This document shows, piece after piece, positions 40,454 to 51,107 of a stretch of DNA of 51,373 nucleotides. The translations under genes and the position numbers were made by a program. Under the pieces are notes generated by a model. That model had not been told where the DNA came from. It worked only from the letters and a program-made list of their open reading frames with translations, and made no database searches. Each line of letters opens with the position of its first letter. Position 1 is the first letter of the stretch. The stretch is taken from assembly GCA_905236005.1 (NCBI GenBank), contig CAJONJ010000035.1:1-51373 (forward strand), read 5' to 3'. This stretch comes from an uncultured Alphaproteobacteria bacterium (GTDB lineage Bacteria; Pseudomonadota; Alphaproteobacteria; Rs-D84).

Positions 40454-41704
40454 TTATTTTGCGAACGAATAATCCATTTTTAAATGATCTGGATTATATG
40501 TGCCATTCATAATTGCCAAAGTATCTTCTACGATTACCAATTCTTCATTTGTAGCAATCATCATAATTTTAACTTTGCTGTCGTCTGTGCTGATAATCGC
40601 TTCGTCAACACCTTTGCGTGCCACAGCATCTTCGTTTTTCTGTGGGTCTAATTTGATACCAAATCCTTCTAATCCTTTGCAGTATTGAGCACGCAAATAA
40701 GAATCATTTTCACCCACACCAGCCGTAAACACAATAGCATCAACATTATCTGTGCCGCCTAAATCAGCCATAAATGCACCGATATATCTGCGAACCATGT
40801 GTGCTTCCATTTCAATAGCCAATTGGCATGCAGCATTTGTATCTTTGTGAGCTTCCACATCACGACGGTCAGAAAAGCATTGTGTAATACCCATCAAACC
40901 AGAATCTTTGTTCAAGTGTTTTTGCATTTGTTCAGGTGTTAAGCCTAATTTTTGCATTACATACAATACAACACCGGCATCTATATCGCCACAACGTGTT
41001 CCCATGACCAAACCAGCTACAGGTGTCATACCCAAAGAAGTGTCAATGGCTTGACCGTTTTTAATAGCAGCAGCAGAAGCCCCAGAACCGATGTGCAAAG
41101 TAATCAAATTGCATTTATCGGCTGGTTTACCAAGCAGGGCAGCTGCACGTTTAGAAACATACAAATGAGATGTTCCATGATAGCCATATCTGCGAACCTT
41201 TAAATTTTTATACCATGCTTCTGGAATAGCATATCTGTATGCTGTTTCTGGCATAGTATAGTAAAAAGCTGTATCAAACACTGCAACCTGTTTAGCAGAT
41301 GGAATCAATTGTTGTGCCGCAACGATACCAGTCAAAGCAGCTGGATTATGTAACGGTGCAATTTCTGATAATTCATCAATACTTTTTAATACTTCATCAG
41401 TTATTTCCACAGAAGAATTAAATTTTTCACCGCCCAACACAACACGATGACCAACACCACGTATAGCAGTGATATCAACAGAAGCACCTTGTAACATACC
41501 AATTACGACATTTAATGCTTCTTTGTGGTCTTTCATAGAAACTTCTTTTTTATCTTTTTTGCCATCAGGATATTTCTGGGTAATAGAAGAATCAGGCAAA
41601 CCGATTTTTTCAACCAAGCCACCCACAACAACTTTTTTTGTATCAGCATCAAACACCTGATATTTCAGGGAAGAAGAACCACAATTCAAAGCAAGTATGT
41701 ACAT
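40454..41704 (-). CDS. ackA: acetate kinase
   Basis: LNCGSSSLK, GHRVV, APLHNP, VFDTAF, RRYGYHGTSH, FTAGVGEN, TNEE. Confidence 0.96.
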   Translation of the reverse strand: MYILALNCGSSSLKYQVFDADTKKVVVGGLVEKIGLPDSSITQKYPDGKKDKKEVSMKDHKEALNVVIGMLQGASVDITAIRGVGHRVVLGGEKFNSSVEITDEVLKSIDELSEIAPLHNPAALTGIVAAQQLIPSAKQVAVFDTAFYYTMPETAYRYAIPEAWYKNLKVRRYGYHGTSHLYVSKRAAALLGKPADKCNLITLHIGSGASAAAIKNGQAIDTSLGMTPVAGLVMGTRCGDIDAGVVLYVMQKLGLTPEQMQKHLNKDSGLMGITQCFSDRRDVEAHKDTNAACQLAIEMEAHMVRRYIGAFMADLGGTDNVDAIVFTAGVGENDSYLRAQYCKGLEGFGIKLDPQKNEDAVARKGVDEAIISTDDSKVKIMMIATNEELVIVEDTLAIMNGTYNPDHLKMDYSFAK

Positions 41705-41865
41705 AATTTTATCCTTTTATTTTTTGTTAAACAGTTTTCCTTTGATGGCCACAGAATAGCAAACAATTTTGTCAGTTTCAATAATAAACTGATATTTTTA
41801 GTAATTGATTCTTAAAATAAAAAATGCCACCGCAACAGCAATGGCATTTTTTTGTTTTGAATTGC

Positions 41866-44800
41866 TTAGGCAGCCAAATCACCGTAATGATGACTTGTTT
41901 TCCAAGCTTCAAATTTTTGTTGCATCAAGGTTTTTCCGTCAGCATTTTTTTCATCCATTTTTTCTTGCAACTTTTTGACACTAAGATGGAATAATGTTTT
42001 GGTCTTTCCTGTTTGCAAGAAATCCCAATAAGCCATCAATTCCGCATAACCATTTTTGTTCTTCGTTTCCCATTCAGCAATTTTAGTTTGACGGGATGTT
42101 TTCGCATCTTCTAGTGTTTTTTTCTGTTCCACAATATTTTCATACTGTGCGATATTTGCAGATAATTTATTTAATTTATCCTTTTGTTCCTGATATGTTG
42201 CTTGTTTTTCCACAGCATCTTTATACGGTGTTTTACCAGTATTAGCATCAGTTTTTTTAAAGGTGTTTTCGTACTCTGTTTTGATATTGCTCCATTCTTT
42301 GCCTGCCAGTAATTGTGCACGTTCATCCTGTAACGATTTCAACGTTGCTGTGTCTTCCTGTTTTTCCGCTTTAATTAACACTTCTTCATCCAGCATAGGA
42401 TTATCTTTTATATCTTTGTCTAATCTGTTTTTATCAGCACTCAATTGTCTGTATTGTTGTACCAATTGTGATGAAAGCATACTTTCCTGGGTTTCGTTAC
42501 CAACATCTTTGAAACGAGGGTCTTCTAATGGCTTGCCATTTGCATCCAACAGAGGTTTTTCTAACGATGGTTTTTTGTTTTTATCTGATAATTTTTTGTA
42601 TGTTTGACCCCATTTCAGCATATCAGGTCTCATTTTGGCTATTTTTGTGTTTACATCAGCCAATTGTTCCTGTCGTGTTTTTTTAGAATCATATTCTTTC
42701 AGTTGTTGATTAACACGTTGCTGTTGTGCGTCATTTTTTATCAAATCAATATATTGCTTCTCCAAAGCAGTATATTCAACAACCTTTTTAAGTGGTTCAC
42801 TGAAAGTTAAATCCAAACGTTCCTGCATAATTTTTAACAACTGTTTTTGGACTTCTAAATTATCGGCACTTACCGCATAATCTATATCTACACTATCGTT
42901 ACCTATTGCAAATTTATCTGGGTTTGCTATGCTTAATTGCTTCAACTCTTCGTCTAATGCATAAAGTCTATCTTTATCATCTGGATTGGTGACATTATTG
43001 TTGTTTGTTTTTGTTAATTTATCTGTTTTTGTTGTGTTTTTTAACTCCGTCAACTTGGCATCCAAAGCTGCAATTTGTTGGTTGTCACGTTCATCGTCAA
43101 TTTTATTCTTAGCAATATTATCTGCCTTAGCAAGATCTAATCTGGCTTGTTCCTCTTTAATTTTGTCTTGCATTTTGCCAGAATGATTAAATTTTTTGCC
43201 AACACGACGAATAATTCTATTCATACCAGCAGTTGCAGCATATCCGGCGACCACCGAACCAACTTTAATTGTTTTATCCAATGCACCAGTTACAAAACGA
43301 ATACCGGCATTTTTATTCCATGACAATTTATCATCTGAAAACAGACTGAAATCTGTTCCTTTGATGGCATCCATGGTTCTGCCAGTAAATGTGCCGTATT
43401 GCATAACTGCCAACACTTCCAAAGCTGTTTTTGCTTCATCTATTTTTTGTGGTGATGCTTTGACAGCTTTCTCAGCTAAACTTTCAACGATAGTTTGCAT
43501 TTGGCCACCGTTATGTGTTGCGTTGGCAAATGCTTTTTTTACCTCTGGTTTCATATCATTCATGGCTGTAATAAACCATTCAAAATGCTTTACTGCCAAT
43601 GCGTGGTCTTTTCTGACAGCCTTTTTTATGGCTTCTGCATTTTTAATAATTGCACCAATACCATCTTTCGGGGTAATTTTGATTGGTTTACCATCGTCAT
43701 CTTTTAATTTATCAATAGCTTTCATGATAAATTGGGCTTCTTTTGAAATATACAGGTGATCACGATGTAAATGTGCTAAAGATTTAATAGAATCTTTATA
43801 AGTGTCTTCAATTTTGTCTTTTATTTCATCAACAAAATCTTTTGAATCATAAGATGCAGCAGGCACTTCGTCTTCAGCGTCAGTTTTACCAGTATAATCA
43901 GTTAGTGCTTTTGCTTTGTCCAAAGATTCAGAAATGTCCGTATCAGGATATTCACATTTTTTAAATTCTCTGTATACATTTGAATTATCGTGAATTCTGG
44001 TCAATATAGCCTGATAATATGGCAATTTTTCTTTTTGTGTTGGTGACACAAAATATTCAGCTTGTGCATTTTCACCATTTGCAATACCTCTAAACCTTTT
44101 TAATTGTTCTTCGGTAACTTCTGCTGGTTTACGCAATTCTTCCAGCAAGTTCTTTACACCCAATGGTGCAGCCTGCGTAAATAAACGTTGTCCAGATTCA
44201 TCAATTATAGATCCGCTGTAAAACCTTTTATTTTCCCATGTGTCCAAAACATCTAACAGTTTATCTCTGACTTTTGCATCTGTCAGATATTTTTTGTTTT
44301 TCATATCATTTTTAAAATTATCAAAATCGTTTTGGGCTTTCTGACTACGTTTATCACCAAAAGAATCCATAACGATTTGGTCAGCATTATCATCCATCAA
44401 AATCTGCGTAAATTTATCAATTCTGGCTTCTATGTCTGGACTGATAGATTTCAATGAAAACAGTTTGCCGTCTGCTGGATTTGGACTGTAAAAATCTAAA
44501 ACAAAGTTTCTTGCAGCAGTAGCACCAGGTTCTTCAAACTTATCTTTTTGGCGATTGGTATCCATACGGATGAAAATTTCTTGTAATTTATTGAACAATT
44601 CCTTCCAATCTTTTTCGGTCAGTTCTTTGGAAACCTGTTTATCTGTTTTTGCAGAATCCAGAAGTTTTGTCCATTTAAATTCTTTGTTTCCATCAGGTAA
44701 TTCGTTTCTAACCCAATTGCCGCTGCCTGCTGGATCTTCGTGTAACAAATCCTTTTTCCACCGTTCCATGTGACCACGAAGTCCCTTGTTTTGTACATAT

Positions 44801-44889
44801 TTTACAAATGTCTGCCAATTAGCCTCTGGCATTTTATTAATATGTCTTTGACGATAAAATAATGTTAAATAATCTGTAATTGCTGACAT
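41866..44889 (-). CDS. large hypothetical alpha-helical/coiled-coil protein
   Basis: 1007-aa ORF, GAGGTG RBS, K/E/Q-rich C-half, downstream terminator. Confidence 0.75.
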   Translation of the reverse strand: MSAITDYLTLFYRQRHINKMPEANWQTFVKYVQNKGLRGHMERWKKDLLHEDPAGSGNWVRNELPDGNKEFKWTKLLDSAKTDKQVSKELTEKDWKELFNKLQEIFIRMDTNRQKDKFEEPGATAARNFVLDFYSPNPADGKLFSLKSISPDIEARIDKFTQILMDDNADQIVMDSFGDKRSQKAQNDFDNFKNDMKNKKYLTDAKVRDKLLDVLDTWENKRFYSGSIIDESGQRLFTQAAPLGVKNLLEELRKPAEVTEEQLKRFRGIANGENAQAEYFVSPTQKEKLPYYQAILTRIHDNSNVYREFKKCEYPDTDISESLDKAKALTDYTGKTDAEDEVPAASYDSKDFVDEIKDKIEDTYKDSIKSLAHLHRDHLYISKEAQFIMKAIDKLKDDDGKPIKITPKDGIGAIIKNAEAIKKAVRKDHALAVKHFEWFITAMNDMKPEVKKAFANATHNGGQMQTIVESLAEKAVKASPQKIDEAKTALEVLAVMQYGTFTGRTMDAIKGTDFSLFSDDKLSWNKNAGIRFVTGALDKTIKVGSVVAGYAATAGMNRIIRRVGKKFNHSGKMQDKIKEEQARLDLAKADNIAKNKIDDERDNQQIAALDAKLTELKNTTKTDKLTKTNNNNVTNPDDKDRLYALDEELKQLSIANPDKFAIGNDSVDIDYAVSADNLEVQKQLLKIMQERLDLTFSEPLKKVVEYTALEKQYIDLIKNDAQQQRVNQQLKEYDSKKTRQEQLADVNTKIAKMRPDMLKWGQTYKKLSDKNKKPSLEKPLLDANGKPLEDPRFKDVGNETQESMLSSQLVQQYRQLSADKNRLDKDIKDNPMLDEEVLIKAEKQEDTATLKSLQDERAQLLAGKEWSNIKTEYENTFKKTDANTGKTPYKDAVEKQATYQEQKDKLNKLSANIAQYENIVEQKKTLEDAKTSRQTKIAEWETKNKNGYAELMAYWDFLQTGKTKTLFHLSVKKLQEKMDEKNADGKTLMQQKFEAWKTSHHYGDLAA

Positions 44890-45042
44890 TGCGACACCTC
44901 TTGGTTACATACCTATCCCCTTGCCCTACATATTATAGTATCTTTATGGTGTCTTTTCAAGGTTTTTGTCAAATTTTATTTGTTTTTTACTAGGTTTTTG
45001 TTCTTGTATGCAAATCAGCTGTGTCGTTTTATAATCAATAGT

Positions 45043-45654
45043 ATGAATTTTATACATGTTTTTTTGAAAACAATTCCGTATGTTTTATCCATAGCTGGTG
45101 GCACGATAGTCTTTGATGTTTCGCAGAAATACATGCACACAGCGGGTTTAAAAGATTTGTTGGATAATATATCTGCATCATTATTGGCAATACCGCTAGT
45201 GTTTCTGTTTTATGATTATTCAAATTTTCTGATAACACGACGTATGCATAAACATCAGCATACTAACATTATCAACGCAGTAGATAATCATTTAATGAAA
45301 ATTTTGAACATTTTGAAAGTGATCACAGGTCAGCCACATATTACAATTCCTATGCAGGATTTAAATTTAAATTATAAAAAAATCAAATGTGATGCAAAAC
45401 ATTGTCGGACATTACGAAAATATCTGAATGAACTGGAAGATTTGCTGTATAAATCAGACAAAATAGAGGTTCTGGATTCTCAGCATACACAAATTCTGGC
45501 GTTCATAGTCCAAGAATTAAACCAGATTTTAAACGAATTTAAATATCATAACCCACCCAAAGAAATCGCCAGATATCTGGAAACAACATTGTCTATGATA
45601 GAAGATTGGTTTTATTTCACTGGATATAAAGCTCGTAAAAAATCATCAAAATAA
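45043..45654 (+). CDS. hypothetical membrane protein
   Basis: Two N-terminal hydrophobic segments; ATG 7 nt after TATAAT. Confidence 0.7.
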   Translation: MNFIHVFLKTIPYVLSIAGGTIVFDVSQKYMHTAGLKDLLDNISASLLAIPLVFLFYDYSNFLITRRMHKHQHTNIINAVDNHLMKILNILKVITGQPHITIPMQDLNLNYKKIKCDAKHCRTLRKYLNELEDLLYKSDKIEVLDSQHTQILAFIVQELNQILNEFKYHNPPKEIARYLETTLSMIEDWFYFTGYKARKKSSK

Positions 45655-45702
45655 AATACATAATTTAAAAAAATAAACGACCAAAATGGTCGTTAATCTT
45701 TG

Positions 45703-45778
45703 TGGTGGAGGCACAGAGACTCGAACTCTGGACCCAATGATTAAAAGTCATTTGCTCTACCAACTGAGCTATGCCTCC
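45703..45778 (-). tRNA. tRNA-Lys (UUU)
   Basis: 76-nt cloverleaf: GGAGGCA/TGCCTCC acceptor, AATGA-CTTTTAA-TCATT anticodon arm, TTCGA T-loop, encoded CCA. Confidence 0.97.
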
Positions 45779-45952
45779 ATGAACTTTAATGCATTTCTGC
45801 GTTGGTTCGGGCAACATTTTGACACATAAAAAATAAAAAATCAAGAGTTTTTTGCAAAAAAAATTGTGGAATAAAAAAATACATTTCTTATTGCGTTACT
45901 GGATTAATGCGGCCATAATGACGACTGATATAATAAAACAAGGAAACAAACA

Positions 45953-46528
45953 ATGACAGATATTAAAAAAAATACACCAGAAATTTGTGCAATCACAGCA
46001 GTTGGACCCAAAAATGTTATCGGATTAAACGGAACTATGCCATGGCATTCTCGTCAGGATTTTTACCATTTCATAAAACTGACCACCGGTTATCCTGTAA
46101 TATTTGGTAAAAATACGTTTTTCAATTTACCTAAATATCCGTTACCAAAACGTTTGAACATAGTATGCAGTTCTGCATACAAAAATGAAAATCTTGGTGA
46201 TTTTGTGTGTGTTCCGTCTTTGGAAGCAGCATTTGAATATTGCAAAGGTTTTGATAAATTGTTTATTTGTGGCGGGGCAGGGCTGTATAAATATGCTTTG
46301 GACAAAGATTATATAGATACTATGTATTTTACCAGATTGACAGAACCAACATTATCTGCACAAATCATAAAGAATCCGACAGAATTTATTTGTTTTCCGA
46401 TTGATACAAAGGTGCTGTTCAGTTCTCCAAAATGGTCTTGTGAACGAATTTTTTATCCACCAGATGTGTTACCACTGGAACAAAGTGACATAGTAGTAGA
46501 ATTTTTCAAGTTCACCAGAATCAGATAA
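45953..46528 (+). CDS. folA: dihydrofolate reductase
   Basis: VIGLNGTMPWH..QD..HF...T, GKNTF, PLPKRLNIV, ICGGAGLY. Confidence 0.92.
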   Translation: MTDIKKNTPEICAITAVGPKNVIGLNGTMPWHSRQDFYHFIKLTTGYPVIFGKNTFFNLPKYPLPKRLNIVCSSAYKNENLGDFVCVPSLEAAFEYCKGFDKLFICGGAGLYKYALDKDYIDTMYFTRLTEPTLSAQIIKNPTEFICFPIDTKVLFSSPKWSCERIFYPPDVLPLEQSDIVVEFFKFTRIR

Positions 46529-46604
46529 TCGTGATTTTTTCTTGATTTTATAAGGTATTGTTGTAATATCTGCGAGTGTTTTGCGTAATCAAAGGGCCGT
46601 ACAC

Positions 46605-47378
46605 ATGAATTTTAATTGGTATTTATTTTTTCACAATGTTTTAAATAATCCAGGTGGTTGGATGTATCTTAGATACTGGGATTTTTCGCAATATCAAAAC
46701 TTTGTTCGAATTCCAGCAGAATGGAAAAATGCAGATTTATCTTTTTCATATGGATTGCCTGAAAATATAGATTGTTCGTTTTGTGAACGTATAAATTTTT
46801 CTAATGTTGTTTTTAAAACAGGAACGTCTATAAAATTGAATCAGTATTCAACAGAAGTCAATTTGTCTAATACCACAGGATTATACGGTGCTTTTGAATG
46901 TGGTGGTATGGGCAAAGTCAGTTTTCGTGGGGCTGATATGAGCAACATTTTCAGATTTCAGGGTGCAAAAAGAACTGATTTGACCGGGGCGACTGGGTTA
47001 TTTGGTTTGTTTGATTTCAGATTCACAGATTATTTAAATATGACAAATACAGATGTCAGCCATGCACAGATTTATTTTAATCCAAATGCTAAAAAAATCA
47101 ATTTAACCAACGTCAAAGGATTGTCTGGTGTTCTTGATTTTGGCAATGCTGAACATGTTGTGTTGTTTGGTGCAGATTTATCACGTGTTACAAAAATTAT
47201 ATGTGGCCCAAATACTGATTTGCAGGGTGCGGTTAATTTTGACGGTAAAATTGAATATTCAACCAGTAAACAGCTCAGCCAGAAAATCGCAGGCACTAAA
47301 CATGTTTACAGAAATTGTGCCAAAGCACAAGTTCGTAGATATCGCCGTATGGGCTTTTGTGGCAGGGGCAGCCGTTAA
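46605..47378 (+). CDS. beta-solenoid (pentapeptide/LRR-like) repeat protein
   Basis: Three ~35-40 aa repeats: vNLsnttGLyG..GADMS, tDLtgatGLfG..NTDVS, iNLtnvkGLsG..GADLS. Confidence 0.6.
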   Translation: MNFNWYLFFHNVLNNPGGWMYLRYWDFSQYQNFVRIPAEWKNADLSFSYGLPENIDCSFCERINFSNVVFKTGTSIKLNQYSTEVNLSNTTGLYGAFECGGMGKVSFRGADMSNIFRFQGAKRTDLTGATGLFGLFDFRFTDYLNMTNTDVSHAQIYFNPNAKKINLTNVKGLSGVLDFGNAEHVVLFGADLSRVTKIICGPNTDLQGAVNFDGKIEYSTSKQLSQKIAGTKHVYRNCAKAQVRRYRRMGFCGRGSR

Positions 47379-47426
47379 AATAAAATCTTATAGCATTGCA
47401 TACGTAAAAATTGTATAATTACGTGC

Positions 47427-48353
47427 ATGTTAATGAATTTGGTTTTATTATTGGTTGGTTTTGTATTATTGACATACGGTGCCAATATGTTCATAGATGG
47501 TTCATCTGCGATTGCCAGACGTTTCCACATTCATGAAATTGTAATTGGTTTAACAATTGTTGCCTTTGGAACCAGTTTATCAGAAGCATCTGTTTCAATT
47601 GCATCTGTGTTACATGGTGCAAATGGGGTGGCTGTTGGAAATATTATTGGTTCTAACATAGCAAATATATTATTAGTATTGGGAATTACCGCAACTATAT
47701 CTGCATTAAAAATTCAGAAAAACACAATCCGATATGAAATACCGTTTGTGTGTTTTATAACTTTGTTGTTGTTGTGGATTGGTGCGTTTTATGGAATGAT
47801 TTCTCGTTCAGCAGCTGGTATATTGTTGGGGTTATTTGGTGTGTTTTTGGCATATTTATTAACCAAAGGCAGGGCGGAAATAACCGCAGAAACCTCAGAT
47901 GTTCAACAAATGTCTGGACTGAAAATATTGTTATATGTTGTGTTGGGTATCACAGGGGTAATTTACGGCAGTAATTTAATAGTAGATTCATCGGTCAATA
48001 TAGCCCGCATAATGAATGTATCTGAACGAATCATCGGTTTAACAATTATCGCCTTTGGAACCAGTTTGCCTGAATTGGTAACATGTATAGTGGCAGTTTT
48101 GAAAAAACGTTCTGATTTAGCAGTCGGTAACATAATTGGTTCAAACATAGTAAATATATTATTTGTATTGGGTGTAACTGGATTGATAAGACCAATACCA
48201 TTTGAATATGCATTTATCAAAGATTGTGCAGTTGCCGTCATAGCGGCAGTAATGCTGTGGTTTTTTGTTGTACCACAACATAAATTGTCTCGTACAGCAG
48301 GAATAATGTTTTTATTATCTTATTTTGTTTATGTTGGATACTTGTTTATGTAA
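47427..48353 (+). CDS. calcium/sodium antiporter (YrbG family)
   Basis: Duplicated GLTIVAFGTSL.E and GNIIGSNI motifs. Confidence 0.92.
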   Translation: MLMNLVLLLVGFVLLTYGANMFIDGSSAIARRFHIHEIVIGLTIVAFGTSLSEASVSIASVLHGANGVAVGNIIGSNIANILLVLGITATISALKIQKNTIRYEIPFVCFITLLLLWIGAFYGMISRSAAGILLGLFGVFLAYLLTKGRAEITAETSDVQQMSGLKILLYVVLGITGVIYGSNLIVDSSVNIARIMNVSERIIGLTIIAFGTSLPELVTCIVAVLKKRSDLAVGNIIGSNIVNILFVLGVTGLIRPIPFEYAFIKDCAVAVIAAVMLWFFVVPQHKLSRTAGIMFLLSYFVYVGYLFM

Positions 48354-48475
48354 TATTGAAAATAAAATTTAAAATCCTAGGAAAAAATGTGTTGATTTCA
48401 AATTTGCTTTGTTTTATACTTGTAAACGTGAAGTAGGAAGTGTTCACAAAAAAAAACAAACAAGGGAGAAAATCA

Positions 48476-49201
48476 ATGAAAAAAACAGTTTTAACAAGCA
48501 TTGTTGCATTGATGATGTCAACGGTTGCTGCAACTGCTGCAGAAACATGCAAAACATGTGGTTCTAATTTTAAGGTATTCTTTGGTGCAAGTGCTGGTAT
48601 GCAGGGCTTGAATTATGATACCGCATTTAGTATGGTTACAGAAAATATGGGACATTTATTCGGGTGGGGAGATGCGAGTGATCCTACAAGTATGTACAAT
48701 TTTGCTTTGAAATTTCCAAAACGTAACACGGTTGTTGGTATGGAAGCGGGTGTCCGTTTTGGTGAATACAAAAGTGTTTGGAATGGCGGTGTAACATTAT
48801 CTGCAGATAAAACATTGGGTAAAAAACCAGGTATGGTATTACCAGAAAAATTTGGTGAAACCGCTAAAACTTTTATACCAAGTTTAGCTGTGAAAGATAT
48901 CAGAGTAAATTCAGATGTATTCGCAATAACATTTGATAACTATATTCGCTTAAATAAATCTATGGAAAATCGTGTAGATTTGGTTGTTGGTGTTGGTGCG
49001 GCAGATATTGAAACAAACATTAGTTTGTTCGGTGTAGGTTTATCATTAGACGCACACGCAGCAGTATTCAAAGCTGGATTGGAAATACAATTAACAGATG
49101 TTATTTCTATGACAATGGGTACACGTATGTATATGCCAATTGCGGCACAATACTTTGATACATCTTATGCATTAAAGGGTGGATTTAAATTCTCATTCTA
49201 A
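48476..49201 (+). CDS. outer membrane beta-barrel protein
   Basis: Signal peptide, alternating beta strands, C-terminal FKFSF. Confidence 0.7.
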   Translation: MKKTVLTSIVALMMSTVAATAAETCKTCGSNFKVFFGASAGMQGLNYDTAFSMVTENMGHLFGWGDASDPTSMYNFALKFPKRNTVVGMEAGVRFGEYKSVWNGGVTLSADKTLGKKPGMVLPEKFGETAKTFIPSLAVKDIRVNSDVFAITFDNYIRLNKSMENRVDLVVGVGAADIETNISLFGVGLSLDAHAAVFKAGLEIQLTDVISMTMGTRMYMPIAAQYFDTSYALKGGFKFSF

Positions 49202-49223
49202 TCAGCAAAGAATATATCAAATT

Positions 49224-49256
49224 AAAAACGTCACGCGGTTGTGTGACGTTTTTTTA
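49224..49256 (+). terminator. intrinsic terminator
   Basis: AAAAACGTCACGC-GGTT-GTGTGACGTTTTTTT. Confidence 0.8.
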
Positions 49257-49284
49257 TAAAAAATCAAATCACAAATAAAACGAC

Positions 49285-49313
49285 TTGACTTTTATCGTAA
49301 TTTATGATATTAT
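49285..49313 (+). promoter_or_regulatory. sigma70 promoter of lysis/head module carrying shared spacer element TCGTAATTTATG
   Basis: TTGACT-17 nt-TATTAT with extended -10 TG; 12-mer at 49295-49306. Confidence 0.75.
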
Positions 49314-49338
49314 AAGAAGCATCAAGAATAGAAATTAT

Positions 49339-49408
49339 ATCCACATTTGACGGTGGATTTTTTTTTTATTCTTGTTTTTGTCCGCACATATTCTGTGCGG
49401 TTTTTTTT
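49339..49408 (+). terminator. two tandem intrinsic terminators in leader
   Basis: ATCCAC/GTGGAT + T-run; CCGCACA-TATTC-TGTGCGG + T8. Confidence 0.7.
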
Positions 49409-49446
49409 ATTGCGACAAAATAAAAAAACAACGGAGAGAACCAATC

Positions 49447-49857
49447 ATGCAATTTACATTGATACAAAATCCCGATGAAACACAATCAGTGGTGTATAAA
49501 TTGGCACGTATAGTTTTTGCAGAAACAATGGCAACATCTTTGCCAATCACAGAAGCTTTTGCATCTATGATTTATAATTTACATGTTAAACGTGGAAAAT
49601 CATTTGATGATATTGCAAATGATTCAGAATTATTTGATTCTTTAAATTCAAAATCTTTACGTCACGAATACTTAAATGTAAATGCTGATGATAAAAAATT
49701 TCAAATGTGTTTACGTGTCGTGCAAAAAATGATTAACGGTAATTTACCAGATTCGGTTTTTGGTGCCACAACATTTCATCATACAGATGTTATGCCCAAA
49801 TGGGCTGTTGCACGTGGTTATATTGCAGAATATGGTGACATGTTGTTTTATCTGTGA
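49447..49857 (+). CDS. SleB/Hydrolase_2-like cell wall hydrolase
   Basis: LARIVFAE catalytic Glu motif; D..FGATTFH...PKWA.......GDMLFY. Confidence 0.75.
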   Translation: MQFTLIQNPDETQSVVYKLARIVFAETMATSLPITEAFASMIYNLHVKRGKSFDDIANDSELFDSLNSKSLRHEYLNVNADDKKFQMCLRVVQKMINGNLPDSVFGATTFHHTDVMPKWAVARGYIAEYGDMLFYL

Positions 49858-49875
49858 TGAACAAAAGGATTTTTT

Positions 49876-50094
49876 ATGAATAAATTTATCAAAGGTGGAT
49901 ATTTAAATGGTCGTAAAACATACGTGATTTCTGCTGTGGGTATTGTATCTGCAATAGGTGCGTATTTAATAGGCGAACAAGATATTTTTACAACATTACA
50001 AACAATGTTTACATTGGGTGGAATTTATTTTTTAAAACAAGAATCTGTAACCAAAGGAAAAAACAATGGAACAAATTCCAGAAAAATTTCTTGA
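49876..50094 (+). CDS. small membrane protein, holin-like
   Basis: LNGRKTY followed by two hydrophobic segments, adjacent to the hydrolase. Confidence 0.55.
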   Translation: MNKFIKGGYLNGRKTYVISAVGIVSAIGAYLIGEQDIFTTLQTMFTLGGIYFLKQESVTKGKNNGTNSRKIS

Positions 50095-50722
50095 TGAAAA
50101 TGGACAATTGAATACATCTGCATTAGTTAAATCATATTGTGAACTGGAAAAAAAGATTGGTACTATGGTTTCTGTTCCAAATGCAGACAGTGACGAATCA
50201 ACAAAACAAAAATTTAATCATGCAATTGGTGTGCCTGATGATGCAAATGAATATCCAAATAATTCTTTGTTTGATGACGAATCGGTTCGTAAAAAATTTC
50301 ATGAAATTGGTTTAACAAAAAAGCAAGTTGAAGAAATTTATAACATCGCTGACGAATTTTTACAACCAACATTAAAAAATTTTTTTCAAATGCAAACAGA
50401 AACAAATGCAATAAATGAATTAAAAAATTTTTTTGGTGGAACAGAAAAAATGAACGAAGCAATGAAAGAAATAAATGCATTTGGTGAAAGATTTTTACCA
50501 CATGATGCGTTTGATGAATTATGCTCTACCCCCCAGGGAATCCAAGGCATCTACAAAATGATGCAATCGTTTGAACCTGATGTTTTCACAGATAAAAATG
50601 TAACAAAAAATTTAACTGACAGCGATTTAAGAACAATGATGCAAGATCCAAAATATTGGCGTGATCATGATGAAGAATATATAAGAAAAATAGAAAACGG
50701 TTTTAAAAAATTATATTCATAA
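50066..50722 (+). CDS. podophage-type capsid assembly (scaffolding) protein
   Basis: PEKF...L.KSY.ELEKK.G N-term; M.DPKYWRD.D......GF..LY C-term. Confidence 0.8.
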   Translation: MEQIPEKFLDENGQLNTSALVKSYCELEKKIGTMVSVPNADSDESTKQKFNHAIGVPDDANEYPNNSLFDDESVRKKFHEIGLTKKQVEEIYNIADEFLQPTLKNFFQMQTETNAINELKNFFGGTEKMNEAMKEINAFGERFLPHDAFDELCSTPQGIQGIYKMMQSFEPDVFTDKNVTKNLTDSDLRTMMQDPKYWRDHDEEYIRKIENGFKKLYS

Positions 50723-50821
50723 ATTTTATTTTTATTCTTTACTATTTGATTTGATTCGTATAAAATATAAATTAAGAACAAAATAATTTTGTTCTATCCA
50801 AAACTTTGAAAGGAGAGAATC

Positions 50822-51088
50822 ATGGGATTATTCACAAAGAAAAAATGCACAGCTGCAAAACCAGCAGCAAAAAAAGTAGCTGTTAAAAAAGTAGCAGCTA
50901 AAAAACCAGCAGCAAAAAAACCAGTTGCTAAAAAAGCTCCTGCAAAAAAAGTAGCAGCAAAAAAACCAGTTGCTAAAAAAGCTCCTGCAAAAAAAGTAGC
51001 AGCTAAAAAACCAGTTGCTAAAAAAGTAGTTGCTAAAAAAGCTCCTGCAAAAAAACCAGCTGCTAAGAAAGTAGTAAAGAAAAAATAA
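50822..51088 (+). CDS. histone H1-like Lys/Ala/Pro-rich DNA-binding protein
   Basis: (P/V/A)xxKK pentamer repeats with 45-bp DNA repeats; AAGGAG RBS; own TTTACT-17-TAAAAT promoter. Confidence 0.85.
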   Translation: MGLFTKKKCTAAKPAAKKVAVKKVAAKKPAAKKPVAKKAPAKKVAAKKPVAKKAPAKKVAAKKPVAKKVVAKKAPAKKPAAKKVVKKK

Positions 51089-51107
51089 TAAACCATAATG
51101 TTATTTT

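Noticed and set aside
45703-45778. tRNA-Lys as island integration site
   Set aside because: No duplicated tRNA 3' end seen and no adjacent integrase
50855-51075. 15/45-bp tandem repeats as CRISPR or VNTR element
   Set aside because: In-frame coding repeats with no unique spacers; no cas genes in the window
50794-51096. Hydrophobic repetitive minus-strand ORF (FLAAGFF...)
   Set aside because: Antisense shadow of the Lys/Ala-rich H1-like gene
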